Shown here: positions 48,255 through 57,022 of the stretch, piece after piece
Layout of the letters: every line of letters starts with the position of its first letter
How positions within the stretch are numbered: the first letter of the stretch is position 1
Virus record (IMG/VR): IMGVR_UViG_3300014205_000194
Span: 1 to 64,000 of that record
Direction: 5' to 3' (one strand)
Length of the DNA: 64,000 nucleotides
From: a virus
Taxonomy: Duplodnaviria > Caudoviricetes
Position numbers and translations under genes: made by a program
Notes under the pieces: generated by a model
Database searches by the model: none
The model's input: only the letters and a program-made list of their open reading frames with translations
What the model was told of the DNA's origin: nothing

Positions 48255-49237
48255 AGAAATACAACATTAAAACGGATAGCGTAGAAGGACTCGGGTCTTT
48301 CGTAGATACTCGCGGATCTATCTACGACATTTTCTCCAAAATGCCTATGGACCACGCATGTCTAATCACCTCAAATCCCAACGAAGTCCGCGGCAACCAC
48401 TATCATAAAGAAACCGTCCAATATACATTCATTATTAGTGGTAAGATGGAATATCGAACCGCCGATATCGGAGACGTTCCTGGTGCATATCATTCAGTTG
48501 AGTGTCATCCGGGCGATTTTATTATTAGTGACCCGAACGAAATTCATGCGATGAAAGCTGGGTTCGATGGGTGTACTTTTATCGCCTTCGCTGCTGGCAC
48601 TCGAGGTGGAGTGGATTACGAAAAGGACACATATCGCATCAATCGTTCATTATTCGACCCCACACCAATCCCGGTTGCCATTGTGTTTGGTGCGAATGGA
48701 TATTTAGGTAAAGGAGTTGCTGATGAATTAGAGAAGACGCATAGGGTCATTCGAGATACATTTCACTATCAAACATCACCGCTGGATTCTTGGCAATTAG
48801 TCTCAAACACGATTGATCACTACAAGCCATCATTGATCGTAAACTGTACTGGTATTTTCCTTAATAATGATTATGGGCGTTATACAGACACATTCGATGC
48901 AAACTATGGTACCAATTGGGCGATTGTTAATCACTTCATTGATTATAAAAATTCTGCTTGTAAGATTATTATGGTAGGTTCTAGTTGCTATAATCAACCA
49001 CGCCGCGATTATATGAATTATGCTGCCAGTAAAGCCGCCCTCAATAGTCTATGGGAAAGTGCATCGGAATATTTTGATGGTACCGATGTTAGTTTTAGTA
49101 TTATTAATCCACCGAAAATTAAATATAGTCCAATGGGGTCGGCTGGTGGTTCGATGGGGCGGATTGACTTAGGAGAACTTGTAAGATTTATTATGGGTCT
49201 GTCTATTAGAAAGCAACAAGAACGTCTGGATTATTGA
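48251..49237 (+). CDS. Fusion of an RmlC-like cupin (sugar epimerase/isomerase) and an SDR reductase
   Basis: DTRG...RGNHYH...EIHAM, then GANGYLG and YAASK. Confidence 0.75.
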   Translation: MKKYNIKTDSVEGLGSFVDTRGSIYDIFSKMPMDHACLITSNPNEVRGNHYHKETVQYTFIISGKMEYRTADIGDVPGAYHSVECHPGDFIISDPNEIHAMKAGFDGCTFIAFAAGTRGGVDYEKDTYRINRSLFDPTPIPVAIVFGANGYLGKGVADELEKTHRVIRDTFHYQTSPLDSWQLVSNTIDHYKPSLIVNCTGIFLNNDYGRYTDTFDANYGTNWAIVNHFIDYKNSACKIIMVGSSCYNQPRRDYMNYAASKAALNSLWESASEYFDGTDVSFSIINPPKIKYSPMGSAGGSMGRIDLGELVRFIMGLSIRKQQERLDY

Positions 49238-49246
49238 GGAGAACAT

Positions 49247-50017
49247 ATGAAAATTGGTGTAATTGGTAAGGGCGTAGTCGGTAGTGCGGTATACGACGGA
49301 CTTCGACACATTGGTCATGACGTGTCGTTCTTCGATACGAAATATCCAGAAACCAGCATTAAAGATGTGCTAGATACAGAATGTGTATTCGTGTCCGTTC
49401 CGACGGATATGAATCCGGATGGTAGTTGTGATACTACCATCGTAGAGCAGGTCGCTTCTCTGTTGTATATTGAACGATACGCTGGATTAATTGCAATTAA
49501 GAGTACGGTAGCTCCGGGTACTTGTGATGGGCTTCAGAAGTTCTACCCGAGTATGCGGTTTTGTTCTGTGCCCGAATTTCTTCGTGCAAAAACGGCATTA
49601 GCAGATTTCATTTATAATCACGATGTGTTGGTAGTTGGTAGTCGCAGAGAAGAAGATTACGAGTTGATCAAAAAAATTCATGGTAATATTCCGAAAGATT
49701 ATTCGTTCATTTCGCCGACAGAGGCTGAATTGGTAAAATATTTCAACAACGTGAATCATAGTGTACAAATTGTATTCGCGAATCTATTTTATGATATCTC
49801 CAAGAAGCTTGATAGCAATTATGATAATGTATATAATACTATCTCCAAGCGTACTTGTTTTAACCCAGCATACCTCACTTGTAATGAAAACATGCGTGGA
49901 TTTGGTGGTCACTGCCTACCAAAGGATACAGAGGCCGTTGCTGCTCTAATTAATGCCCTCGGGTTAAACTATACATTCATCGACTCTATTTTATCTGATA
50001 ATGAGGCATTGACGTGA
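49247..50017 (+). CDS. UDP-glucose/GDP-mannose dehydrogenase-like protein (no C-terminal UDP-binding domain)
   Basis: GKGVVG, SVPT, IKSTVAPG, PEFLR, AELVKY..N, GFGGHCLPKD. Only 256 aa. Confidence 0.85.
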   Translation: MKIGVIGKGVVGSAVYDGLRHIGHDVSFFDTKYPETSIKDVLDTECVFVSVPTDMNPDGSCDTTIVEQVASLLYIERYAGLIAIKSTVAPGTCDGLQKFYPSMRFCSVPEFLRAKTALADFIYNHDVLVVGSRREEDYELIKKIHGNIPKDYSFISPTEAELVKYFNNVNHSVQIVFANLFYDISKKLDSNYDNVYNTISKRTCFNPAYLTCNENMRGFGGHCLPKDTEAVAALINALGLNYTFIDSILSDNEALT

Positions 50018-50937
50018 AAAAAATTCTAGTGACTGGCGCTAGTGGATTAATTGGCACCGAATTATGTAAACAACTATATGCCGCCGGTAATATCGTGTAT
50101 GCGGTAGATAATTTTTCTAGATCCAATATAATCCCAGACTGTAGCACATTTGTGGAAATCGACCTTAGTCGAAAAGATGCATTGTGGGAACTGGATACAG
50201 ATTTTGATGAAATCTACCATTATAGTGCAATCAATGGCACCACCAATTTCTACGAATTTCCGAATAAGGTACTATCAAATAATTTCATTTCAGACGTAAA
50301 TGTATTTGAATTTGCTGCTACTTGTAAGGATCTACGTAAACTTGTGTATGCTTCTAGCAGTGAGGTTATGGCAGATTCGGACGATACAACATTGGTGCGC
50401 GGCGTGGCTAAAGATGGGTTGCATTCTGATATTTTTATTAATGATATTCACAATCCACGGTGGAGCTATCGTCTAGCCAAAATTGCTTCAGAAAACTATC
50501 TGGCTAATAGCAAACTTCCTTGGCTGATCGTTCGATACTTCAATGTATATGGATCAAACAGCAAACCTGGTCATTTTATCGGCGATCAGATTCAGAAGAT
50601 GAAACGAGGCGAATTCTCCGTTATCGGCGGCGACGAAACTCGTTCTTTCTGTCACGTATCGGATGCGGTAGATGCTACCATTTTCCTCGCCAATGCTCTG
50701 GAATCCAATGAACTGATTAATGTGGGTAATGATCGAGAGATCTATATCAACTATGCAGTCGATGTTATTGCGAAAGAGATGGGGTATGCTGACAAGACGT
50801 TTAAACACATTGACGGCAGGGCCGGTTCTGTTAAATCTCGGCGACCAGATTTAGCCAAACTGTATAATTATATACCCAATTACAATCCCATTCGGTTCGA
50901 AGACGCAATTCGTGATATTGTAAAGGAATTAAAATGA
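50014..50937 (+). CDS. NAD-dependent epimerase/dehydratase (UDP-glucuronate decarboxylase-like)
   Basis: TGASGLIG, YASSSEV, PRWSYRLAK, RYFNVYG, TRSFCHVSD, RRPD. Confidence 0.85.
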   Translation: MKKILVTGASGLIGTELCKQLYAAGNIVYAVDNFSRSNIIPDCSTFVEIDLSRKDALWELDTDFDEIYHYSAINGTTNFYEFPNKVLSNNFISDVNVFEFAATCKDLRKLVYASSSEVMADSDDTTLVRGVAKDGLHSDIFINDIHNPRWSYRLAKIASENYLANSKLPWLIVRYFNVYGSNSKPGHFIGDQIQKMKRGEFSVIGGDETRSFCHVSDAVDATIFLANALESNELINVGNDREIYINYAVDVIAKEMGYADKTFKHIDGRAGSVKSRRPDLAKLYNYIPNYNPIRFEDAIRDIVKELK

Positions 50938-51614
50938 ATCCATGCATTGTTAGTTTCTATATGAGTAATATCCACCCACTCACCGTTGACTATCAGCGGC
51001 GAGTGGTCGATAAGTTCAATGTATCCAAAGTACCGCACTATCAAATCCAGACTCAAATGCGACATGGTACGTCAATGGATATGTTCTGGTGTGCCAATGG
51101 AGTGGAGATAGAGAACGGAATCAAACCAGAAGGGTTCAACATAGATCACGATGTCGTGATGTTCCTGGATATCGATTGTGTTCCTCTAAAGGAGATGTCT
51201 ATTGATTTCTATCTGAAAGAAGCGGATGCTGGGAGATTGATCGGTAGTGTGCAGCGATCTAATCACATCGAGAACGATCAACACCTATTCGCCGCCCCGT
51301 CCTGTCTTGCTATTCGACGCGATGTGTTTCAGAATATGGGCGCTCCGACTGCATCAGAGACATTTCGTTCCGACGTCGCCGAGGAATATACCTTCTTCGC
51401 CGAGGAAAATAGAGTTCCTGTCGAGCTAATCATGCCGCTGAAATTCGACGAGGCCCCGTCAGAATGTCCTAGTTGGGCATTGAAGGACGGGATGCAACAT
51501 TATGGCAGAGGAACCACGTTCGGAGATCATTTGTTCTGGCATTCTTTCCAGATTTTCCATCCAGGACAACAAGAGAAATTCCACGCTAAATGTAAACAAC
51601 TTCTAGGAGAATGA
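50934..51614 (+). CDS. Putative GT-A glycosyltransferase
   Basis: DVVMFLDIDCVP (DxD), RSDVAEEYT. Confidence 0.6.
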   Translation: MNPCIVSFYMSNIHPLTVDYQRRVVDKFNVSKVPHYQIQTQMRHGTSMDMFWCANGVEIENGIKPEGFNIDHDVVMFLDIDCVPLKEMSIDFYLKEADAGRLIGSVQRSNHIENDQHLFAAPSCLAIRRDVFQNMGAPTASETFRSDVAEEYTFFAEENRVPVELIMPLKFDEAPSECPSWALKDGMQHYGRGTTFGDHLFWHSFQIFHPGQQEKFHAKCKQLLGE

Positions 51615-51615
51615 T

Positions 51616-51744
51616 ATGGTTAATAGAATTAGGACCCTCAGTTCTACCGAGCGAACTGTGCTGTTTTCGCGCATCGCAAACATTGCTGTTTCTGTCACCA
51701 TGCTCGCCATGTTGATCTATATCGCAGTAAACATTCCGAAATGA
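51616..51744 (+). CDS. Small membrane peptide (42 aa)
   Basis: aggag RBS, hydrophobic IAVSVTMLAMLIYIAV. Confidence 0.45.
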   Translation: MVNRIRTLSSTERTVLFSRIANIAVSVTMLAMLIYIAVNIPK

Positions 51745-51935
51745 ATTGTCTGTCAGACCTAAAAGAATTGTTCGTAGCCAACGGTTATAAAATAAAAAGA
51801 TTCGTTGGCTACGAACTTCTAGTTGGAAAAGATATTTACGGAATGTATGATGGTGAGTTCTTCAAGAACTACGAAAAAGTAAACGAAAAGGAGCTAATCG
51901 CCTCCATAAAGAATAAAAATAAGAAAAAGAAATAA
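51741..51935 (+). CDS. Small hypothetical protein
   Basis: ATGA overlap, Lys-rich tail. Confidence 0.5.
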   Translation: MNCLSDLKELFVANGYKIKRFVGYELLVGKDIYGMYDGEFFKNYEKVNEKELIASIKNKNKKKK

Positions 51936-51938
51936 TCA

Positions 51939-51967
51939 TTTACTTTTGTTCCGAATTGCGCTATACT
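51939..51967 (+). promoter_or_regulatory. Early/sigma70-type promoter TTTACT-N17-TATACT for DNA polymerase
   Basis: Spacing 17, followed by aggag RBS. Confidence 0.6.
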
Positions 51968-51994
51968 ATTTCGATGTAATAATCAGGAGCAAAG

Positions 51995-53491
51995 ATGTTC
52001 TATACAAACGCAACGTTAGTAGGAAATAATATTCTGCTGCGCCAGGTAAAAAATGGCAAGCGAATGAATTCTAAAATACCATATTCCCCTAAACTCTATA
52101 CCAAATCCAATAATAAGACTGGCTGGAAAACTATCCACGAAGAATATTTGGAAGAGTTACCATTCTCTGATATATACGAAGCAAAAGACTTCTGTAAGAA
52201 ATATGCCGACATTCCGAACTTCGAAATCTTCGGAATGACCAACTATACCTATGCCTTTATCTCTGATAACTATAAGGGCAAGATCAATTGGAATATGTCA
52301 GATATTTGTGTGGCATATACAGATATTGAAGTCGATTCTTCCAACGGATTTCCAAATCCGGACACAGCTGATTCGGAAATAACTGCCATTACAATGATCG
52401 TTGGAGACAGGACTCTCGCGTTCGGACTTCCCAATTATAAAAAACACAAGGAAAATGTCGAATACTTCAAGTGTACTAACGAAGTTGCCTTGCTAGAATC
52501 ATTTATTTCTTATTGGACTCTATTCTATCCAGACATTGTTACTGGGTGGAATTCCAAGCAGTTCGATATTCCCTATCTTGTCAATCGTATCCGTCGTCTG
52601 TTGGGCGATGAAGCAGTAAACAAACTGTCTCCGTGGGGCAAGGTTTCTCAGTATAAGACGGAGTTTCGCGGAAAAGAATCAATCAGTTACGATATCCTCG
52701 GAGTAATGCACCTAGATTATTACGAACTATATCGTAAGTTCTCGCCGGCACAGAATCAAGAAAACTTCAAACTGGACACAATCGCGGGCGTAGAGCTCGG
52801 CGACAGTAAGGTAGATTATGCTGCCCTTGGATATAAAGATCTCACCGATCTATATGAACGCAATCCACAACTATACATCGAATATAACATCAAAGATACA
52901 GAGATCGTCGTTCGGCTCGAAGAGAAGCTGAAGCTAATTGAATTGGCTCTTACTATTGCATACGATGCCAAGATCAATTATGAAGATGTATTCTCCCCCG
53001 TAAAGACCTGGGACGTTATCATCTACAACTATCTTAAGGAAAACGGCTATATTATTCCGCCGAACAATAAGCGGGCCAACAAACAAGCATATGATGGCGC
53101 GTATGTGAAGGATCCTGTTCCTGGGTTCTATAAATGGATATCGTCGTTCGACTACGAGTCTCTTTATCCAAAGCTGATCATGATGTATAACATATCACCC
53201 GAGACATTAATCGAGCCATATGATTACACAGAACAGATGTATGAAATTGTTTCGGGTCAGACAATTAACGTTGACGCAATCGTAAAGAAAACAGTAGATA
53301 CATCCAAACTAAAAGAATTGGGCGTGACTCTAACTCCCAATGGACAACTGTTCAATATTCAGAAAGATGGATTTCTTCCTGTACTAATGAAGCGCATGTT
53401 CAATGATAGAAAGATGTATAAGAATAAAATGTTGGAATGCGAAAGGGAATTGCAGGAAGTTAAGAAAGAGATGACAAAGAGGGGGTTGTAG
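51995..53491 (+). CDS. gp43: DNA polymerase B, N-terminal subunit (gp43A: exonuclease, motif A, first fingers helix)
   Basis: DIEV, TGWN...FDIPY, YNIKD, YDGAYV, SFDYESLYP. Ends at ...ELQEVKKEMTKRGL-stop. Confidence 0.93.
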   Translation: MFYTNATLVGNNILLRQVKNGKRMNSKIPYSPKLYTKSNNKTGWKTIHEEYLEELPFSDIYEAKDFCKKYADIPNFEIFGMTNYTYAFISDNYKGKINWNMSDICVAYTDIEVDSSNGFPNPDTADSEITAITMIVGDRTLAFGLPNYKKHKENVEYFKCTNEVALLESFISYWTLFYPDIVTGWNSKQFDIPYLVNRIRRLLGDEAVNKLSPWGKVSQYKTEFRGKESISYDILGVMHLDYYELYRKFSPAQNQENFKLDTIAGVELGDSKVDYAALGYKDLTDLYERNPQLYIEYNIKDTEIVVRLEEKLKLIELALTIAYDAKINYEDVFSPVKTWDVIIYNYLKENGYIIPPNNKRANKQAYDGAYVKDPVPGFYKWISSFDYESLYPKLIMMYNISPETLIEPYDYTEQMYEIVSGQTINVDAIVKKTVDTSKLKELGVTLTPNGQLFNIQKDGFLPVLMKRMFNDRKMYKNKMLECERELQEVKKEMTKRGL

Positions 53492-53503
53492 TCCCCCCCC
53501 CTC
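53479..53503 (-). terminator. G/C hairpin overlapping the gp43A stop, terminator-like for the minus-strand frame
   Basis: gaggggg-ttgtagt-ccccccccc-tc. On the minus strand it is followed by tcttt. Confidence 0.5.
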
Positions 53504-53756
53504 ATACCCACGTGTGATCTTCGTTATATTCGTAATCGGAAATTGGTATGGCGACTACTCCCAATTCTATTAGTTGTTTGGCGGCTTTTGTCTTTTTATC
53601 GTCGACACGTTTAACAGAAGATAGAGTTGCTTTGGTGGTTTCTATACCAAGATTGCGCATGTGTTCTGCAAATCTAGAAATATTAGATGAATGAGGTAAA
53701 ACATAAACGCTGTTTTTATCCCGTTTGTCGATTACAATAGGTGTATAATTTAATTC
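53502..53756 (-). pseudogene. 84-codon open frame lacking a 5' start, probable remnant of an inserted gene (e.g. homing endonuclease) at the polymerase split
   Basis: ELNYTPIVIDKRDKNSVYVLPHSSNISRFAEHMRNLG...YEYNEDHTWV*. Bounded upstream by TAG. Confidence 0.45.
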
Positions 53757-53773
53757 CTAGCGAGGTGATACAA

Positions 53774-53878
53774 TTGAGTATAGAAAGTTTAACAAACGAA
53801 GAACTAATCATTCGTCATAAAGAACTCAGTAATGACGTAAGTAAATATAATAATCTCCAAATGGCAACAAAAATCCTT
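53774..53878 (+). CDS. gp43: DNA polymerase B C-terminal subunit (gp43B), exon 1, 35 codons, missed by the ORF track
   Basis: gaggtg RBS plus TTG. MSIESLTNEELIIRHKELSNDVSKYNNLQMATKIL is the second fingers helix up to motif B. Confidence 0.88.
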
Positions 53879-54134
53879 TAATGATGGAGGCGCTTATTCG
53901 TGAGGATAGGTGGAAAACTCTGTGAATTCGGTGAAACTCCAGAACGGACGATACCGAGCCAAGCCCATTATATGGGAAGGTGTAACGACTATTCCTACGG
54001 GAAGTACAGCCAAGTGGCTGGAAGCGCAGAGCAACTGATTCAGTTGATGAGATAGTCTAATCTGTATAGGAATATACAGCAATCTATGGATAGATTTTGG
54101 TATGGTATTAACGACACCATATGAATATTAAATG
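53879..54134 (+). ncRNA. Group I intron (IA2-like, 256 nt, no ORF)
   Basis: Exon ends in U, paired U-G with IGS GAGG. P3 ctctgtg/cgcagag, P4 ttcggt/accgag, P7 gactat/atagtc, P7.1, P7.2, P8 caactga/tcagttg, P9 stems. Terminal G. Splicing restores KIL|LNSLYGG. Confidence 0.92.
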
Positions 54135-55178
54135 CTTAATAGTCTCTATGGAGGATTAGCGAACGAATGGTTCCGCTTTTTCGACGTTCGTATGGCAGAG
54201 GGCATTACATCGGCTGGTCAGGTGGCAACCAAGAATATGGAACGCTGGTTGAATGTTTATTTAAATTCCATCACGAAAACTAACAAAGACATAGCCGTTT
54301 ATGCGGATACTGACAGTCTCTATATTTCACTCGAAGACATAGTCAATGCCGTGTTTAAAGATGCGCCCGATACAAAGAAAGTTATTAAATTTATGGACAA
54401 AGTTTGCTCCGATAGAATTACACCAGAGATTAATCGTATCTGCGAAGAACTAAAAGAGTACGTCAACGCCAAGGAAAATTCTATGGTAATGAAGCGCGAG
54501 GCGTTGATTGATTCTGCAATTTGGGTGGCCAAGAAGAGATATATCCTCAGTATCCATAATAACGAGGGAGTCGAATACGCAGAGCCTAAAGTCAAGGTTA
54601 CTGGGTTGGAGTCTGTTCGATCTTCTACTCCTATGATTTGTCGCAATAAAATTAAAGAAACGTATACAATTATGCTCTCGGGCGATGAAATGGAGACTCG
54701 AAAATACATCGCTGCATTCAAAGATGAGTTTACTTCTGCACCATTAGCCGATGTATCATTCCCGCGTGGTGTAAATGGTATGGTTGATTACAAAGATAAG
54801 TCTAAACAAAACACAACAATGGGCACTCCCGATATACAGAGTGAAATTAGACGATCTCCTTATATCAAAGGTACTCCGATCCACACCAAAGGCGCCCTAA
54901 TATATAATCACCTACTCGACACCCTCAAGTTAACCAAGAAATATCCTAAGATTACTGACGGCGATAAGATTAAGTTTGTCTATTTGAAAATGCCTAATAT
55001 TATCAATAGCGAAGTGATTGCGTTTCAAGATGCATTGCCTAGAGAGTTCAAGCTAGATGATAAAGTGGACTATGCCAAGCAATATGAAAAGACCTATCTA
55101 GAGCCTATTAAGAATGTATTGAATGTATTGGGCTGGAAAGCGGAAGAAGAAAGTTCACTAGAAGATTTATTTGGTTGA
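54135..55178 (+). CDS. gp43: DNA polymerase B C-terminal subunit (gp43B), exon 2
   Basis: LNSLYGG (motif B), YADTDS (motif C), MKRE, AKKRY, GLESVRSSTP, C-terminal SLEDLFG clamp-binding motif. Confidence 0.93.
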   Translation, partial: LNSLYGGLANEWFRFFDVRMAEGITSAGQVATKNMERWLNVYLNSITKTNKDIAVYADTDSLYISLEDIVNAVFKDAPDTKKVIKFMDKVCSDRITPEINRICEELKEYVNAKENSMVMKREALIDSAIWVAKKRYILSIHNNEGVEYAEPKVKVTGLESVRSSTPMICRNKIKETYTIMLSGDEMETRKYIAAFKDEFTSAPLADVSFPRGVNGMVDYKDKSKQNTTMGTPDIQSEIRRSPYIKGTPIHTKGALIYNHLLDTLKLTKKYPKITDGDKIKFVYLKMPNIINSEVIAFQDALPREFKLDDKVDYAKQYEKTYLEPIKNVLNVLGWKAEEESSLEDLFG

Positions 55179-55188
55179 GGGCTATAGC

Positions 55189-55551
55189 ATGAACAAAGAA
55201 GTAACAATCCCGAACTATACATATTTCGGTGCCAAGATGGTTTGTCTGGAATTGCATAAATTTACAGAAAACGACGATGTGTCCTACAATGTAGTGATGA
55301 CTACCATCCTGGATGATGAAACCGAAGAGGAAAAGATGGTGTCGACGATTACTAATTTCTGGCACGAAGATCCAAAGACAGCCGCTATTGATGCTGCTGT
55401 ATTATTATTCCCGATGTTCGATTTATCTAGTCTCGTAGCGGTGATTGACGGGGCGACCGGAAATATCGTAGAGGAATTAAATCTGGATAATATCGTAGAA
55501 GAGTATAAACTAGCTAATGGAATTGCAGAAGAATCTGTGGTTTTACACTAA
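55189..55551 (+). CDS. Hypothetical acidic protein
   Basis: gaggg RBS, lies between gp43 and uvsX. Confidence 0.55.
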   Translation: MNKEVTIPNYTYFGAKMVCLELHKFTENDDVSYNVVMTTILDDETEEEKMVSTITNFWHEDPKTAAIDAAVLLFPMFDLSSLVAVIDGATGNIVEELNLDNIVEEYKLANGIAEESVVLH

Positions 55552-55562
55552 GAGGAAATAAT

Positions 55563-56633
55563 ATGAGTATTTTAGAAAAAATTAAAAAGAATAGCACAAT
55601 CAAGGATACTGCTATTCTGTCTAAGTCCAAATTTTTTACTGATAAAGATATGGTCGCGACCGAAATCCCAGCAATTAATATCGCTCTTTCTGGCAGGATT
55701 GACGGTGGGTTGACCCCGGGTCTTACTGTCTGGGCGGGACCTTCGAAACATTTTAAGACTTGTTTTTCTCTTTTAATGGCCAAGGCATATTTGGATAAGT
55801 ATCCAGAAGCTGCCCTGCTGTTTTATGATTCCGAATTCGGTACTCCACAATCGTATTTTGATACATTCGGTATCGATACTTCGCGTGTGTTGCATACACC
55901 ATTAAAGAACGTAGAAGAATTAAAATTCGATATTGTCAAGCAACTAGAGGCGGTTGATCGCGACGATAAATTAATTATCATTATTGATTCTGTTGGTAAC
56001 CTAGCATCGAAGAAAGAAGTAGATGATGCGATGGACGGTAAATCTGTAGCTGATATGTCAAGAGCAAAACAACTGAAGTCTCTGTTCAGAATGGTAACAC
56101 CATATCTTGTAATGAAGGACATTCCTATGGTAGCGGTGAACCATACCTATAAGGAGATTTCTTTGTATCCAAAAGAAATACTTGGTGGCGGTACCGGAAT
56201 TTACTATTCAGCAGACAACATCTTTATTCTAGGCAGACAGCAAGAAAAAGATGGTACAGATACAATCGGGTATAACTTCATTATTAATGTCGAGAAATCT
56301 AGATATGTTCGCGAAAAGTCGAAGATCCCGGTGACTGTTTCCTTCGATAGCGGACTGAGTAAGTGGTCTGGTCTACTTGATATTGCGATGGAAGGTGGGT
56401 TTGTAGTCAAGCCATCTAATGGTTGGTACTCTAAAGTAGATGTTTCGACCGGTGCAGTGGAGGAAAAGAAATATCGGAATAAAGATACCAATTGCGCCGA
56501 ATTCTGGGATTCCATTCTAGAATCAACCGAATTTGCCGAATACGTCAAAAAACAATATGCGCTGTCTAGTGGTCAATTAATGCAACAAGAAGAGCCTGAT
56601 ATCGATTTAGATGATGAGCGAGGAATTAGATGA
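55563..56633 (+). CDS. uvsX: RecA-like recombinase UvsX
   Basis: INIALSG, AGPSKHFKT, YDSEFG, DSVGNLASKKE, ADMSRAK, GGTG. Confidence 0.95.
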   Translation: MSILEKIKKNSTIKDTAILSKSKFFTDKDMVATEIPAINIALSGRIDGGLTPGLTVWAGPSKHFKTCFSLLMAKAYLDKYPEAALLFYDSEFGTPQSYFDTFGIDTSRVLHTPLKNVEELKFDIVKQLEAVDRDDKLIIIIDSVGNLASKKEVDDAMDGKSVADMSRAKQLKSLFRMVTPYLVMKDIPMVAVNHTYKEISLYPKEILGGGTGIYYSADNIFILGRQQEKDGTDTIGYNFIINVEKSRYVREKSKIPVTVSFDSGLSKWSGLLDIAMEGGFVVKPSNGWYSKVDVSTGAVEEKKYRNKDTNCAEFWDSILESTEFAEYVKKQYALSSGQLMQQEEPDIDLDDERGIR

Positions 56634-57022
56634 TGAATAAAATAATGCAAAGAATGATTGATTGGGTAGCTCGCGTAAAGCGGGCCCGTCAATACAAGGT
56701 CAACGAATATTTCAACTATGTGCTAGATGCCGAGATTTCAGAGACAGAAGTTCTCCCGCTTGTTATTATCAAGGGCAAGTATAAGGGCGTAATCTATGTC
56801 TATGATAACTTCCGCATCGGAGATAATATTAATCCGGATGGCAGCGCGCCGGCTTCGTATGACGTTCGAATCATCGAACAACCGAAGCATCTAAAAGATG
56901 GGTTCGAACAAGAAGATAAATTCCACAAGATTACTGGCGATATTCTATTGGCGGTTTTGTGGGAAGCATGTAAGACCGAAAAGAAACGAGCCGAGGAACT
57001 GTTATACGATGATGACGATTGA
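56630..57022 (+). CDS. Hypothetical protein at the gp40 position
   Basis: GKYKGVIY.Y...GDILL motif, lies between uvsX and gp41. Confidence 0.5.
   Translation: MMNKIMQRMIDWVARVKRARQYKVNEYFNYVLDAEISETEVLPLVIIKGKYKGVIYVYDNFRIGDNINPDGSAPASYDVRIIEQPKHLKDGFEQEDKFHKITGDILLAVLWEACKTEKKRAEELLYDDDD

Noticed and set aside
53489-53776. Stop-codon readthrough or TAG recoding joining gp43A to gp43B (same frame)
   Set aside because: An in-frame TAA follows within about 40 codons and the intervening peptide is not polymerase-like. Other genes are intact under the standard code.
53894-54082. 62-aa minus-strand ORF as an intron-encoded endonuclease
   Set aside because: It is antisense across the ribozyme core and has no nuclease motif.
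54132-54134. ATG called as the start of the second polymerase ORF
   Set aside because: It has no SD, would omit the motif B lysine helix, and its G is the intron's terminal guanosine.
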